Source: Malacoraja senta
Lineage: Eukaryota
Reading direction: 5' to 3'
Assembly: GCA_038087875.1 (NCBI GenBank)
Contig: JAXLNO010000065.1
Location: forward strand, 124,001-188,000
DNA length: 64,000 bases
Shown here: positions 35,740-49,030 of the stretch, piece after piece
Position numbering within the stretch: the first letter of the stretch is position 1
How the letters are laid out: each line of letters begins with the position of its first letter
The notes under the pieces: generated by a model
Database searches by the model: none
The model's input: the letters and a program-made list of their open reading frames with translations, nothing else
What the model was told of the DNA's origin: nothing
Position numbers and translations under genes: made by a program

Positions 35740-36040
35740 TATCAGGGGTAACAGTTTAAGAATAAGGGGTAGGTCATTTAGGACTGAGATGAGAAAAACG
35801 TTTTCAGCCAGAGAGTTGTGAATCTGTGGAATTCTCTGCCACAGAAGGCAGTGGATGCCAATTCATTGGATGTATTCAAGAGAGAGTTCGATATAGCTCT
35901 TGGGACTAATGGAATCAAGGGATATGGGGAGAAAGCAGGAACAGAGTACTGATTCTGGATGATCAGCCATGATCATATTGAATGGCGGTGCTGGCTTGAA
36001 GGGCCGAATGGCCTACTCCTGCGCCTATTTTCTATGTTTC
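35740..36040 (+). mobile_element. CR1/HER1 3' fragment
   Basis: GAGAGTTGTGAATCTGTGGAATTCTCTGCC...GGGCCGAATGGCCTACTCCTGCGCCTATTTTCTATGTTTC. Confidence 0.9.
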
Positions 36041-36152
36041 CATTTTGCTTAATGGTTCAGAAATGAAGCCCTTCTATTGCTCATCAACATTAGTTCATGC
36101 ATCATTTGGATTGTTTATCTGCTAAATCATTGAGCAGCCTGATTATTGATTT

Positions 36153-36308
36153 AACTCAGAGGATCAGGCAGCATCTCTGGAGAGAAGGAACCGGTGACGT
36201 TTTGGGACGAGACCCTTCTTCAGACCTGATCACTCTGACCCGCTGAGTTACTCCAGCATTTTGTGTCTACCTTCGAATTAAACCAGCATCTGCAGTTCTT
36301 TCCTACAC
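36153..36308. mobile_element. Inverted Penelope terminal fragments with hammerhead-like motif (- strand)
   Basis: Minus strand GGT-CTGAAGA-AGGGTCTCGTCCC-AAAACGTC-ACC, then a plus-oriented terminal piece. Confidence 0.65.
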
Positions 36309-38054
36309 TGATTATTGATTTGTTGGAATAACACTGAATTCATTATTTATCACTTTGCCATAGTTATTGGTTTGTTTTATCACTTTTATTGGTTAGATAT
36401 TGCACGTTTCAATCCTTCGGCAGTTTTATTATTTGTATTTTTAATCATTCAGTGCTGTTGTTTTTCGTATTTTGAATTCAATTCTTCGAGAAATGGTCTG
36501 CAAAATCATAAATAACAATCTTGTTGAATTACTTTACAAACCTTTAACAAATTAGCGAATGATTCATCAGACAAATAATTATATGTTGAATGACTCAACA
36601 TTGTATTCACATAGGTACTGACCAGAAATCAGGTGGATGAATAAATCATCGGCTGTTAATCAATTAAGAGAATGAATCAAGAGATCAATCTTCTAATCAG
36701 TGAATTATTCCACATAAATCAGTTTTCAGAGGAATGAATGAATTAAATCAGAGAACAACTTAACAAATCAACAATGAGATGAATGACAGAAACAATGGAA
36801 CAATAATTGGATTGTTGAACCATTCAACTGATCAATGTACATCAGTTAATGACTCAGCGGCAGGATTAAGTTTGATGAAAGATGTTACAAATTAGTCATT
36901 GGATTAAAGCATGATTCTACGATCCAATAGCAATAAATAGTGAACAATTCTAATGAATAATAATCAGATCCATGGGGAGCATCATGCCAATTGACTGATA
37001 CACAGATTTGCAAAAAAAGAATCAATAGGACAATAATCAGATCAATGAATTATTCTACAGATGAATGGTGATAATAGTGAATGGTGCAATAATCCAATTA
37101 TCAGATGAGAAAATTATACGCACATAAATAATTGCACCAGAGAACGATTAATCAAATTGTGAAATAATTTTACAGATGATCCACTCCGTGAATTATTCAA
37201 AAGACCACAAACAGATTAATAAAGGAGGCATCAAATAAATAAACTAATAATGCAATCACTGAATGATTCATCAGAACAACTGATGATAAAGCCAGTCAAT
37301 TAATGAAAATCCAGTTAAACATAGGTAAAATGTTAAGCCAATAATATAATTAATGAAAATCAGAAGAAAAATAATTGATGAATTATTTCACAAAGCTATG
37401 ATAAAATTAATGAGGCTTCAAAAAAAAATCAGATCATTGAATGATTCAAATATTTTTACATTCAGTCATTCATTGGTCTGTCAATTTACCGGTTCATTCA
37501 TTCACTGGGCTGCTGAATCTTTAGTTACTTTAGGTATTGGAGAATTCAGTTCTACATAGAGTCAGAGTCATAGAGCACAGAAACCGGCTATTCGCCCCAA
37601 CACATCCAAGCAGACAAAAATGCTTATTCTATTGTCTTACTTCTTGGTTCTAATGAATCATTCATTGACTTGACTGTTGGGTAAGAATATTGGATTCACT
37701 TATCTGGTTATTTTCCTATTGAATCATTCACTAGATTCATTCTGTTAAATAATTCACTCATGTATTTAGTAGGCGGTTGAATCTTTCAGTGTTGGTATTA
37801 TCGGTTAAGTCAAACATTCAATAATAATTTATTGGTCTTTTCAGTCCTTCACTGGTCTGAATATTGGAATGATGGTTCATTTACTTGATCTGTTGAATTA
37901 ATCATTGATTTGCTTACTGGGCAGTTGAATAATTACCTGATCCATTGATCTACAAATCTCTCATTGATATGATTATGCATCTTTTGCTCCTTTACCTGAT
38001 TTGATAATTGCTTTTTTTGAATATCTGATGATTGGACTAATGATGAATTTAGCT

Positions 38055-38736
38055 TTTTAGTTTAGTTTAGAGATACAGCATGGAAGCGGGCCCTTCGGCC
38101 CACCAAGTCCGCACTGACCAACGATCAACCGTGCCCTGGTTCTATGTTATACACAGCTCCGCACCCTACACACGAGGGGCAATTTACAGAAGCCAATTAA
38201 CCTACAAGCTCGGACATCTTTGGAATGTGTTAGGCAACCAGAGCAACCAACCAACATGGAGAAACAGCATGCAGTCACAGGGAGAATGTGCATACTCTGT
38301 ACCAACAGCACCCATAGACAGAATCAAACCTGGGTCTCTGGTGCTGAATGAATGAATGAATTCTTTATGAATACTTTATTGTGACAAGTCACTATGGAAT
38401 TCTTTGCTTGCATTGGGTATGCAAATAGTTGCCCATAAAAGGCGTTTACAAAGTTACAAACTATCCGTGCCAGGTCCCCCTTTGTTCTCCCCCTTCCTCA
38501 CAGCGGTGCCCCCACACTGGGTCTTCCATTGTCCACTGTTCTTCCCCTTCCTCCCCTAACAGTGGTCCCGTACGCTGGGTCTTCCTTAGTTCCTTCCACC
38601 GGCTGCAGCATCCTCATTTCCATGTGGTCCGTCCTCGTCCATCAGTCGGTACCATCATCGACCACCGCACTGACCTCTCTGCTATCCCTGCCAGATCCTC
38701 TCCAGATGTGAGGCAGAAACTCTACCACTGCGCCAC
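38055..38736 (-). mobile_element. V-SINE interrupted by a (TGAA)n-tailed retroelement (38345-38705)
   Basis: The SINE head resumes at ~38706 (GTGAGGCAGAAACTCTACCACTGCGCCAC). Confidence 0.75.
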
Positions 38737-39414
38737 AGTATTGATTATTGATTTCCCTTATTCCATTAGATTATTCATCGATCTAATTGTTAGTCTACTG
38801 ATTTAATTATATGATTATTCATATGCAGAAATATCCTGTAATCTGATTAGTAGAGTTCTACCTGGATTCATTAACTCGATAGAATGATATTTTGCATAAA
38901 TTACTGGTCTGTTGAGTCATTCAATAATCTAATCCATCATCTTTTGAATCGTTCAGATATCATCTGATGACAAGACATTAATTTGATTACTATGACTGAA
39001 TCATTTATTAATCTGCTATTAGATCCATTGATCCATTCTTTGGATTGTCGGTGATCAATCATTTACTAATGTGATTAATGCTCGGCAACTTGTCAATGGA
39101 CTGACTATTATTCTGCTAAAACATCATACTGATCTGATTTTTGGTTGGTTATGTCATTCATTGATATATGATTGGTCTGTTTCCTGGATTATTCTGTTGT
39201 TACTGTAGATCACTTGGTATTCTGATGACTGGTCTTTTAACTGGATCACTGAATTTATTAGTGGTGTGTTGAAAATGTAATTGTTATTGGGTTGTTCAAT
39301 AATTCATGAGTGTTTGAATCATTTATTGATCTGAAAACAGCTTTATTGATTCATTCTCTCAACTGGTTATCATTCTGCTGAATCATTGTAAACATTTGAT
39401 TCATTCATTAGAGG

Positions 39415-40690
39415 CATCCTGCAGTTGGCAGTGTTATTTGCTTGATTTTTGCCTGTTGTTTGCAATTGTATTGGGCTGTGGTGTGACTGCACTTGAAACA
39501 TTGTGTGTACAGTTTTAGTTTCCTTTCAAGGGAGACTGCGATGGGAATTTTCCAATGAGGAAAAAAAAAGATTGGGAGAACAGATTGGCAAAAGGTTTTA
39601 AAAACTTCTGCAAGCATATAAAAAGGGACGGGCAGAAGTAACATCGATCCTTCGAGAATGTGAGTGGGGAATTTATAACCGGCAACCTGAACATGACAGA
39701 GGCCTACAATAAATATATTGTACCAGCCTTCAAGGGAGAAGACATTTAAGGTATGATAGTAGTAATGCAGTTTGCAAGAGGAAGAGAGGAATGGTCTCTA
39801 TCTCCAGGGAACAGAAGCAAGTAAAACTTAATGGAACTGAAGGCTGGATCTGATGGGTTGTATTCGAGGGTCTGTAGATATGGCAGATGCATTAGTTGCG
39901 ATCTTCCAGAATTCTCAACATCATAGCTTAAACGTAACACTCCTAGTCCCCTAGTCAAGAAAGGAAGCAGGGCAGGTAGCCTGAGATCTGTTGTAGCAGG
40001 ATGTTTAGAAATTATATTACAATTGAGCAGAGCCAACGGACTGAATGAATTGTAGTTTAGTTTTGTTGAGATTGCAAAGATAGGTGGGAAAGCAACGTAT
40101 GAGGAGGGTCATGGGTAGGTTAAGTGAGTAGAGAAAAGTACAGCAGATTGACTTTTACCCTTGTATGCATGCATCCTTGTATCCCTGTCATTAGCACATC
40201 TTCCACAGTCAACAATGGGCCATCATGAACTCCACCCTTCCTGAGGTCATCTGTTGTCGCCCCCTTCCAGCCTTCTCTACCTTTCGATCCAATTAAGGGT
40301 TCCGACCCAAAACAGCACCTATTCCCTTTTCTCCAAAGATGTTGCCTGACCCGCTGGGTTACACCAGCTATTTGTGTCTAAGCAGCAGATGGACTAGAGT
40401 GTCCAGAGAAATATGTATTTATCCATTTTGGGAGGATGTATAGAAATTAATGAATAGAATAGGGTTTTTTTTGTAAGGAGAAAGATGAAAGAATGTAGTT
40501 GTAAAGGGATTGGATATCCTTGTATATGAAACACAAAGTTAGAATGCAGGATCAGCAAGTAATCAAGAAGACAGACAGATAGGATGGAGTGTAAAATTGT
40601 AAGTTTACACCATATTTGTGAGTACATTTGGAGCACTGCATACAGATTTTGGCTCCTCCTTTAAGGAGGGTATATTTGCAGATTGCTGAG
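39415..40690 (+). mobile_element. Very old CR1 LINE remnants with a nested Penelope fragment
   Basis: GGATCTGATGGGTTGTATTCGAGGGTC (GPDGLHPRV-like) and CATTTGGAGCACTGCATACAG (HLEYC-like). Confidence 0.55.
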
Positions 40691-41484
40691 GTCAAGATCT
40701 CGGTTTTCTATTATTTCATAGGGTTCCTGAAAGGTGGTGCATATGAGAGGATTTCCACCCCTGTAGCTCTCTCTATGACCTGATCACTGGTCTCTTGATT
40801 CATTCACTGATCTGATTATACGTGTTGAATTATTCAACAATCTGCTTATTGGATTGCAAAAAGAGCTTTGGACTGTTGCATTATTCAGTCTCCCGGTGAT
40901 TGCTCAGTTGAGTTAAACTGATTTGATTATCGGTCCATAAATTATTCACCAATCTTATTCTTGATCTATGAATCATTCATTGATGTGATTAATGATTTTA
41001 TATGAATCATGGATGAGATTGTCAGTCTGTTGAATCATTCACATCTGATTATAGGCTATGATTTATTCATTGATCTGATTATTACTTTATTAAATAGTTT
41101 CTTGATATAGTTTTGGTCTGCATCCATCTCTATTGTTTTTTTAAAATAATAATCAAATCTTGGACAGCAGTTATTCATTGATATGGCTATTAGTCAGTTG
41201 ATTAATTGATTGATATATAGATATATATTAGCCTAATCATTCATATACTGGATTAATGCTCTGATGAAAAATTGATCTTATTGTGGAATCAATCACTTGA
41301 TTTTTCACCTGAAGATTAATCCACTGATCAGATTCTTGTTCTGGTGAATTAGTCCCTATTTTGGTCTGTGCATCTTTTCTGATCCAAAAATAATACTGTT
41401 TAATAATATACAGTTCTGTTTCTTGAACTCGAGTATTTGATTTTAATACTGACTTGCTGATGAAGTAACTGATCCAATTATTAA

Positions 41485-41822
41485 AACACAGTGCTGGAGT
41501 AACTCAGCAGGTCAGTCAGCATCTCTGGAGAAAAAGGATGGGTGTTGTGTCGAGTTGGAAACCTTCTTCAGACTGTAAGTAGAGGAGAGGGAACTGGAGG
41601 TAGGCAAAGGCTAGAACACAGCAGGGCAGATGACCAAGGAAGGGTGGAGTCCATAATGGCCCATTGTTAGCTGGGGAAGAGGTGATAACGAAGGGATGAG
41701 AACAGTGGAAGTAGTAGGATGACTAGGGTGGGGGGCAGAGAGGGAATGTAGGGGTAACTTGCAATTAGAGAAATCAGTGTTCATACTGCTGGGTTGTAAG
41801 TTGCCCAAGTGAAATATGAGCT
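41485..41822 (-). mobile_element. Penelope-like element 3' end (GIY-YIG ORF C-terminus + terminal repeat)
   Basis: Minus strand encodes LIFHLGNLQPSSMNTDFSN (cf. PLE ...LIFxLGTLxPxGLN), then a pyrimidine-rich UTR and a CTGAAGAAGG motif. Confidence 0.75.
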
Positions 41823-43340
41823 GTAATAAATAAATGTTATTTACTCAATAATCCAAGAACTGATCAGTTATCTGATCACTTCGCGGATTACAAATCCATC
41901 TGAATAATTCACCGGTTTAAATATTGGCCTTTTGATCCCTCTTTTGATCAAGTTAAGTCAAGTCTTCATGATTACATTTATGTGCTGGACTCAGGACAGG
42001 TCATCCAAGATTTAACACCCAGGAGTTTGAAACAACTCACCCTCTCCATCAGCACCCTACCGACAAAAACGTTGCCTTTCTGAAGAGAATGATTTGTTCC
42101 TTGGTCCTGTTGACGTTGAATGAGAGGATGTTGTTGTGACACCACTCAACTGAGTGTTCAATCTGTGCAGGATCCTGTAAGCTGACTCATCACCTGCATT
42201 GCCAAACTATTAATTACTGGTCTTTTGAAATGCAATGATTAAATTATCAGACTGATACATAATTAACTGTTCTGATTATTAATTGATTGAATTCGTGGCC
42301 TGATTATTCTTTTTTTCTAATTGATCATTTGATTAATCCACTTAGTTTTGGGCTACCGAGTTAGTTGCTGTGTCGAGGTGTGGGTTTGCTAATATGCGTT
42401 CCTATCCTTGTACTGCTGAACAATTCTTTAGTCTGATGATTTGTCAGTTGATCGGTGTGGTTGCATTACTGCTCTGTTGAATCATTTATTGACTGGATGG
42501 TTGGTCTACTGAATTGTCTTCTGATCTGGTTATTGGTTGGTTGACTCATTGACTTCTGATTAATGGCCAGTTCAGCTGATGAATTACTTATTCAGCTGAT
42601 AATTGGCCTTTATTTCTGATTTACTTGATTATTTCCCCATTTGAATCATTTTCTGCTAATATGTCCAATTATTTACTGATATAATTGTTGCTCATTTCAG
42701 TCAATAATTTACATAATTATTGGTATTTTGAAACATTGATAGATTTGATTGTTGGCTTGTTTAATTCCAGACATAAATATTGCAGAGCAGACCTCATTTT
42801 AATTTTGTTGAATGATTTATTTACATAGTAATTTGTTAATAGAATGTACGGATATTCAATAGTGCATCATTAGCTGAAAGTATTGGTCTGCCCTGTATAC
42901 GAGGGTTTACAATCACCAATAGCTTTGGATCCTGCACAGCTGAATTATTCACCTATATGATTATCAAATTAATTAATCAATGAATGCTCTAATTATTCAT
43001 TGAATGTTGTGATTATTCAGTTGAATTCTGTGGATTATTGTTTGAAAGAAAACTTGAACTTGATTGCCCGCTGAATAACCAATGAAGTGATTGTTCTGTT
43101 GGAGTAACTACCAAACTTGATTTTTCATTAGTTGACTCACAGAAATTCAAACAATTGTATCATTCATAATTCTTATTAATGAGAATCAATAATTGATCTG
43201 ATTCTTGAAAATATTCATTCATTGATTGCCTGCCTGTTAAATCATTCTTTCATCTGAATAGTGGACTGTGGATATGTTTATTAATCCTGCTGATTCATTT
43301 GTTGGATCTAATTATTGGTCCATTGAAACATTCACTGCTC

Positions 43341-43699
43341 ATGCTCAAAAAAATATACGTAATGCTCAAAAAAAAATTTTTTTTTCTTTTTTTTTTCCTC
43401 TCTCTCTTTCTCTTTTTTTTCCTAGGGCCTATTTCTTAACTCTTTTTCTTTTGTTTTTAATTTCGCTCTTATAGGGTCTTCGTCCTTTTTTGTTGTTACA
43501 TTTTCGACACTTTTCTACACTTTCACTTTTTCCTTCACTTTCTTCTTTCTTTCAATCTTTTCTTTTTCTAGTGTAAAAAAATAAATAAAGGGAGTACATT
43601 AATTGTAAGAAGATACAAATGACGAGTATTAATGTATGTGGTTGTAATGTAATGTACTTCTAATAAATAAAAATTAAAAAAAAAAAAAGAAAAAAAAAA
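43341..43699 (+). mobile_element. Poly(A)-tailed TPRT insertion (L1-type 3' end) with 16-bp TSD
   Basis: GAAACATTCACTGCTC at 43325-43340 and 43700-43715; AATAAA followed by a long A tail. Confidence 0.85.
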
Positions 43700-43994
43700 G
43701 AAACATTCACTGCTCTGATTATCAGTCATTTTGAATCATTTGTGGGCCTGATGATTGATTAGATTGATTTAAAATTCATGTTATTGGCAGTTGGTCATTT
43801 CATTTGGTTACTGATCTTGTTTTTTAATACGTTAAATCACTCACCGGGATATTGATTATCTCATTGATCTACACATTCAACTTATTTTGTTGATTAATTT
43901 AATTATTGCTCCTTTGTGACTTTATGTTCTCTTGGTATTGGACTGTTCAATAACTTACAATTCTGGAATATCGATTAAACTGATAACTGGTCTA

Positions 43995-44232
43995 TTCACA
44001 CAGAGAATGGTGAATCTCTGGAATTCTCTGCCACAGAAGGTAGTTGAGGCCAGTTCATTGGCTATATTTAAGAGGGAGTTAGATGTGGCCCTTGCGGCTA
44101 AAGGGATCAGGTGGTATGGAGAGAAGGCAGGTACAGGATACTGAGTTGGATGATCAGCCATGATCATATTAAATGGCGGTGCAGGCTCGAAGGGCCGAAT
44201 GGCCTGCTCCTGCACCTATTTTTTATGTTTCT
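43995..44232 (+). mobile_element. CR1/HER1 3' fragment, same subfamily as 7643-8670
   Basis: FTQRMVNLWNSLPQKVVEASSLAIFKRELDVALAAKGIRWYGEKAGTGY*. Confidence 0.92.
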
Positions 44233-44944
44233 ATTGATTGAGCCCACGATTCAGATTATTGAGCTATTAAATCATGGATGAATAGTTGATGCTGAAATAT
44301 TCACTGGGTGACTTTTGTCTTTTTTTTTAGTTACCCAGTACACTTCTGGTCAATTGGTCAATAAACTAATCTGATTATTGGTCTAATTAATTTATTGATG
44401 GATCCAATTATTTGTTGGCTATTAATTCACTGTCTTACTATTCTGGTGAGATATTGACCTTATCTATTCCATTGACAATTGCTAGCTGGGAGCAGTACAT
44501 TTTTACATCTACATTTCCAGTGCAATGGTATGGCAGCCACTTGAGATAATTTAGAGTTTAGAGCACGGAAACAGGCCGTTCGTCCATGCTGAGTTGACCA
44601 TGATGACTCTGAGAGAGTGCCTCCAGTGTTTGAGCCCTATCCCTCTTAACCTTTACTGTCCATGTACCTGCCATAATTTCTTTTAAATAGTGTAATTGTA
44701 CCCTCTTTTACCACCTCCCTTGGCAACCTTGTTCCACATACCTACCGCCCTCTGTGGAAGTTTATTGCTTTGAATGCAGTTCAGTTAATTGGATCAGTGA
44801 ATTATCTGATTACTGGTTTTGAGTTGATCAGAAAACTGACAATTGTTCTGCTGAATCATTCACTGCTTTTATCGTTGATTATTTAACTGACAGTAATGCT
44901 TTATGTAAAATTCAACTCTCACCGCATGATTGTTCATAAGTTTA

Positions 44945-45242
44945 GGTTTAGAGATAAGGCAGTGGAAACGGGCCCTTCAGCCAACTGAAAACATGGCGAC
45001 CACTCATTCACACCAGTTCTATGTAATCTGACTTTCTCATCCACTTCCTACACACTGGGGCAATTCACAGAGGCCAATTAATGTACAAACTCGCACGTTT
45101 TGGTGATGTGGGAGGAAACCGGAGCACCCAGAGGAAACCCACGCAGTTACAGGGAGAACGTGCAAACTCAACAAAAACAGCACCCAAGGTCAACTTGAGT
45201 CTCTGGTGCTGTGCAGAGGCAGCTCTACCAGCTGTGCCACTG
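44945..45242 (-). mobile_element. V-SINE, full length
   Basis: Reverse complement of head, core and tail. Confidence 0.8.
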
Positions 45243-46292
45243 TTAATGTTTTCTTAGAAGTTGAATTATATATCTGTGATTGTTAAAGATAATTCATTGA
45301 GTGATCAGATTATTGGTCTGGTAAATTTTTGATTAATCCAATAAACAGATAGTTGAATAACTTGTTCAGCTAATTGTCTTCCACAGCAATCATTGATCCA
45401 ACTGTTAACCTAATAGACTATTCCCTGCTAATCAACTGTCTGGTGAAATTTTCATTAAACTGAAAAATTCAATCACTGTTCCGCATAGTTTTATTGAATC
45501 AGCAATATTAAATTGTTTTATTGCTCTGGGTATTAGACTGTTTAATAATGTACAGTTGAATTTCATGGTCAATTGAACCATTTAAAGTTCTGATTATCTG
45601 TCTGTTAACATGTTCAAAGTTCTGATTATTGGCCTGGTGAATATTGGTGGAATTGAATGGTGCGCTGTTGCCATATTCAGCAAACAGGTCATTGGGTCTG
45701 ATGAATGATTCACGAATATGATATTAAATTATCTATTGATCTGGTAATTTGTGTGCTGATTTAATCATTGATTTAAATTTCAGTCTTTGGAGATTATTAT
45801 TGGTCTGATTATGGATCTTTTGAATTGCTCATTAATCTCACAGTTGGCTAGTTCATCAATTTTGTGAGAGACAAAAGTGCTGGAGAAACTCAGCAGGTGA
45901 GGCAGCATCTATGGAGTGAAGGAAATAGGCAAAGTTTCAGGTCAAAACCCTCCATCTCTGGAGTCATCTGAAAATCATCAATTTTCTGATTTTATTATTG
46001 GTCTGCTGAATCTTCAATACTATGTGCTCAGCTTTGTTCAATCATTCACTGATCGAATTATTGGCTGAGAATCAATTACTGTTTTGTTTGCTGGTGCATT
46101 GAATAAATGATTGGGCTGATTGTTTGTCTAATCTAATAAATATTCAATGCAATTTGACTACACAGTTTACCAGTCTGTGTCATTCATTGATCTAAACATT
46201 TATGCTCTGTGCCATTAATAGATTAGATTATTGATCTATTGGATTAATCTGCAGTAGGGTCTGTTGACATGTTAATTGATCAAGTCTTTCAC

Positions 46293-46530
46293 AGACAAAA
46301 AGCTGGAGTAACGCAGCAGGACAGGCAGCATCTCTGGAGAGAAGGAATGGGTGATATTTTGGGTCGAGACCCTTCTTCAGACTCATCTCTGGAGTGATGG
46401 AATGGGTGACGTTTCGGGTCGAGACCCTTGTTCAGATTCTGGAGTGAAGGAATGGGTGACGTTTCGGGTCGAGACCCTTGTTCAGATTCTGGAGTGAAGG
46501 AATGGGTGACGTTTCGGGTCGAGACCCTTC
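46293..46530 (-). mobile_element. Penelope-derived insertion with four tandem hammerhead-like units; 10-bp TSD
   Basis: AGTCTTTCAC at 46283-46292 and 46531-46540; 50-bp unit repeats at 46389, 46439 and 46489. Confidence 0.75.
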
Positions 46531-47674
46531 AGTCTTTCACTTTATTGGTTTGCTGGTTACAGTTATCACTGATCAGTTTATTGCCCCATTGAATCATTCA
46601 CTGTTCCAATTGTAGTATTATAATAATTCTGTAATCTGAATAGTGTTTTTTTTTAATCATTCCCTGATCCCCTTTGAGTAATGCACCCATATAATTATGT
46701 GATTTCTTAATCATTCATTGATCTGAAAATCATTCAGTTGATTCTACCACCCTTCAGATTACTCATCCTTTAAGTAATTCATGTATTGAGTACTTCACTG
46801 GATTGAACACTGTTCATTGAATTGTTCAGTGACCTGATTACTGGCACCACTGGATTCTTGATCTGTTGAACATTACACTAGTCTGTTAAATCATTTGCTG
46901 TATTTTTGTAATGAAGTCAGATTGTTGGGCAAATTATTTGATTATTAGTTTGTTAAATCACATCTGAATTATATTTCTTTGCATCAGTTAGTTATCCCTG
47001 TTGGCTGAATCATTCATCGACGTGTTTATTGGTTGGTGAAATTATTTCCATGTCAGACTTTAGTCTGTGGATTCAGTCACTGATCTGATTAATGGTCTTT
47101 TAAATTATTCATTGATCTGATGAATCATCTGTAGATCCAATGATTGGTCTGATTCATTCATCACTAATCAGATTGTGATCAATTGAACCATTCACCGATA
47201 CGATTATTGCCATGTAGGATTATTTCTTCATATGGTTAGTGGTGTGTAGAATCAAGCTATGGTCTCTTTATTGGGTGTTTGAAGAGATCATTGTTACATG
47301 ACTGACTCACTGTTCTGATTTATTAATCTCTGACCATTATTCACCATTTAACCCTTTATTGAACAGATTTTTAATATCAGAATCTCTTATTGTTCACATA
47401 TTGTTGAAAGATCCCTTGGTCTAATTATTAGCCTTTTGCTTCGTCTGCAGGTCTTGAATTACAGTTATTAGTCTTGTTCATTCACTGGGTTATTGATTGA
47501 TTTGCCCAGTAACTGCTTGAAGTATATGTTGACGATCCGATTAATTCACTGATCTGATCATTGGTCTTTTGCATCATCAGTAGATCTACCCATTTGATAG
47601 TCCACTGATTATATTGATTTGCTCTTGAATACTGGATTTGATGATTCAGAGTTCCACTTCTTAAACAGTTTAAT

Positions 47675-47962
47675 ATAGTTTAGAGATTCAGTGCGGAAAC
47701 AGGTCCTTCGGCCCCCATGTCCACGCCAACCAGCGATCCCCGCACACTAACACTATCATATACACACTAGGGACAATTTTACCAAGCAAATTAACCTACA
47801 AACTTGTACGTCTTTGGAGTGTGGGAGGAAACTGGAGCACCCAGAGAAACCCAAGCAGGTCACGGAGAGAATGTATAAACTGCATACAGACAGCAACCGT
47901 AGTCAGGATCGAAACCGGATCTCTGGTGCTATAAGGCAGCAACTCTACCCCTGCGCCACCGT
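47675..47962 (-). mobile_element. V-SINE, full length
   Basis: Reverse complement of the 16383-16700 type. Confidence 0.85.
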
Positions 47963-48619
47963 TGATCCAGACTGTTTCGCCAACTGATTCACCTGTCCTT
48001 TTTAAACATTCATATCTCTGATTACTCATGTTCAAGTGTCCTTAAATCTGATCACTGGTCTATTCAAATGTTCATTGATCTGATTATTAATTGATTGTTC
48101 CTTTGTCTGTTACTCCATTCACTGCTCAGTGAATAACTCACTGGTTTATTTTTAGGCATTTTGGGTTGCTACCTTTCATAGCATTTATCTATTGACTCAT
48201 CACCGATCGGTTTATTGATCTATTAATTCGCTGTTCAAATTATTCATCTCTTGATCCTTTCATTGATCTGTTTATTGATCTATTGACTAATTCATGGGTC
48301 AAGTTTTTTTTAAATTATTCGTGATTTGTTTAGTGTAGAATTTCATTGTTCCAGTTCATATCTGATGCATATATTGGAACACACTTGATCTGTTGACATG
48401 CATTGATCAGATTCTTTATTGACTATTATTGATTAGTTTATTAATTTACATTCTTGTTCAATATCGATTATTTGTAGATGTGTTTATTAATCTATTTATT
48501 AATTTACTGAACAATTCTTTGATCAGATTATTTCTCTCTTCTCACTGATATGTTTGCTGACCCATTGATTATTTAATTGATCAGGTAACTGCACACAGTT
48601 CAGCTTCTTTTGGCCATGA

Positions 48620-49030
48620 AACAATTGGAGCAGTCCAAACAAGATTCACCAGGCTAATTCCTGGGCAGAAATGATTGTCTAAAGAAGAGGCCAAACAGTT
48701 TGTGTCTGTATTGTTTGGAGTTCAGAAAATGAGAGGTGATCTTATTGAAACACGCAAATCCCAAAGAGGCTTTGCAGGTTAGATGTTAAGATGTTTCCAC
48801 AAGTAGAGGAATCTTGAATGGTTTCAAGATAAGGGTGCACAGAAAATTCTTCTCGCAGAGGGTAGTTAATCTCTGGATTAGAAGTGTTTAAAGTGGAGGA
48901 AGGAATTTTTTTAAAGATTGAGGGCCCGTGTGGACCTGACACAGAAATGGAGTTGAGGCCTGGGTTAAATCAGCCAAGACAATATGGAACAGTGGGGCAG
49001 GATTGAGGGGACGAGTGGCTTACCCTGCTC
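48620..49030 (+). mobile_element. Old CR1 3' fragment
   Basis: AGATTCACCAGGCTAATTCCTGGG...GGAGTTCAGAAAATGAGAGGTGATCTTATTGAAAC. Confidence 0.7.
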
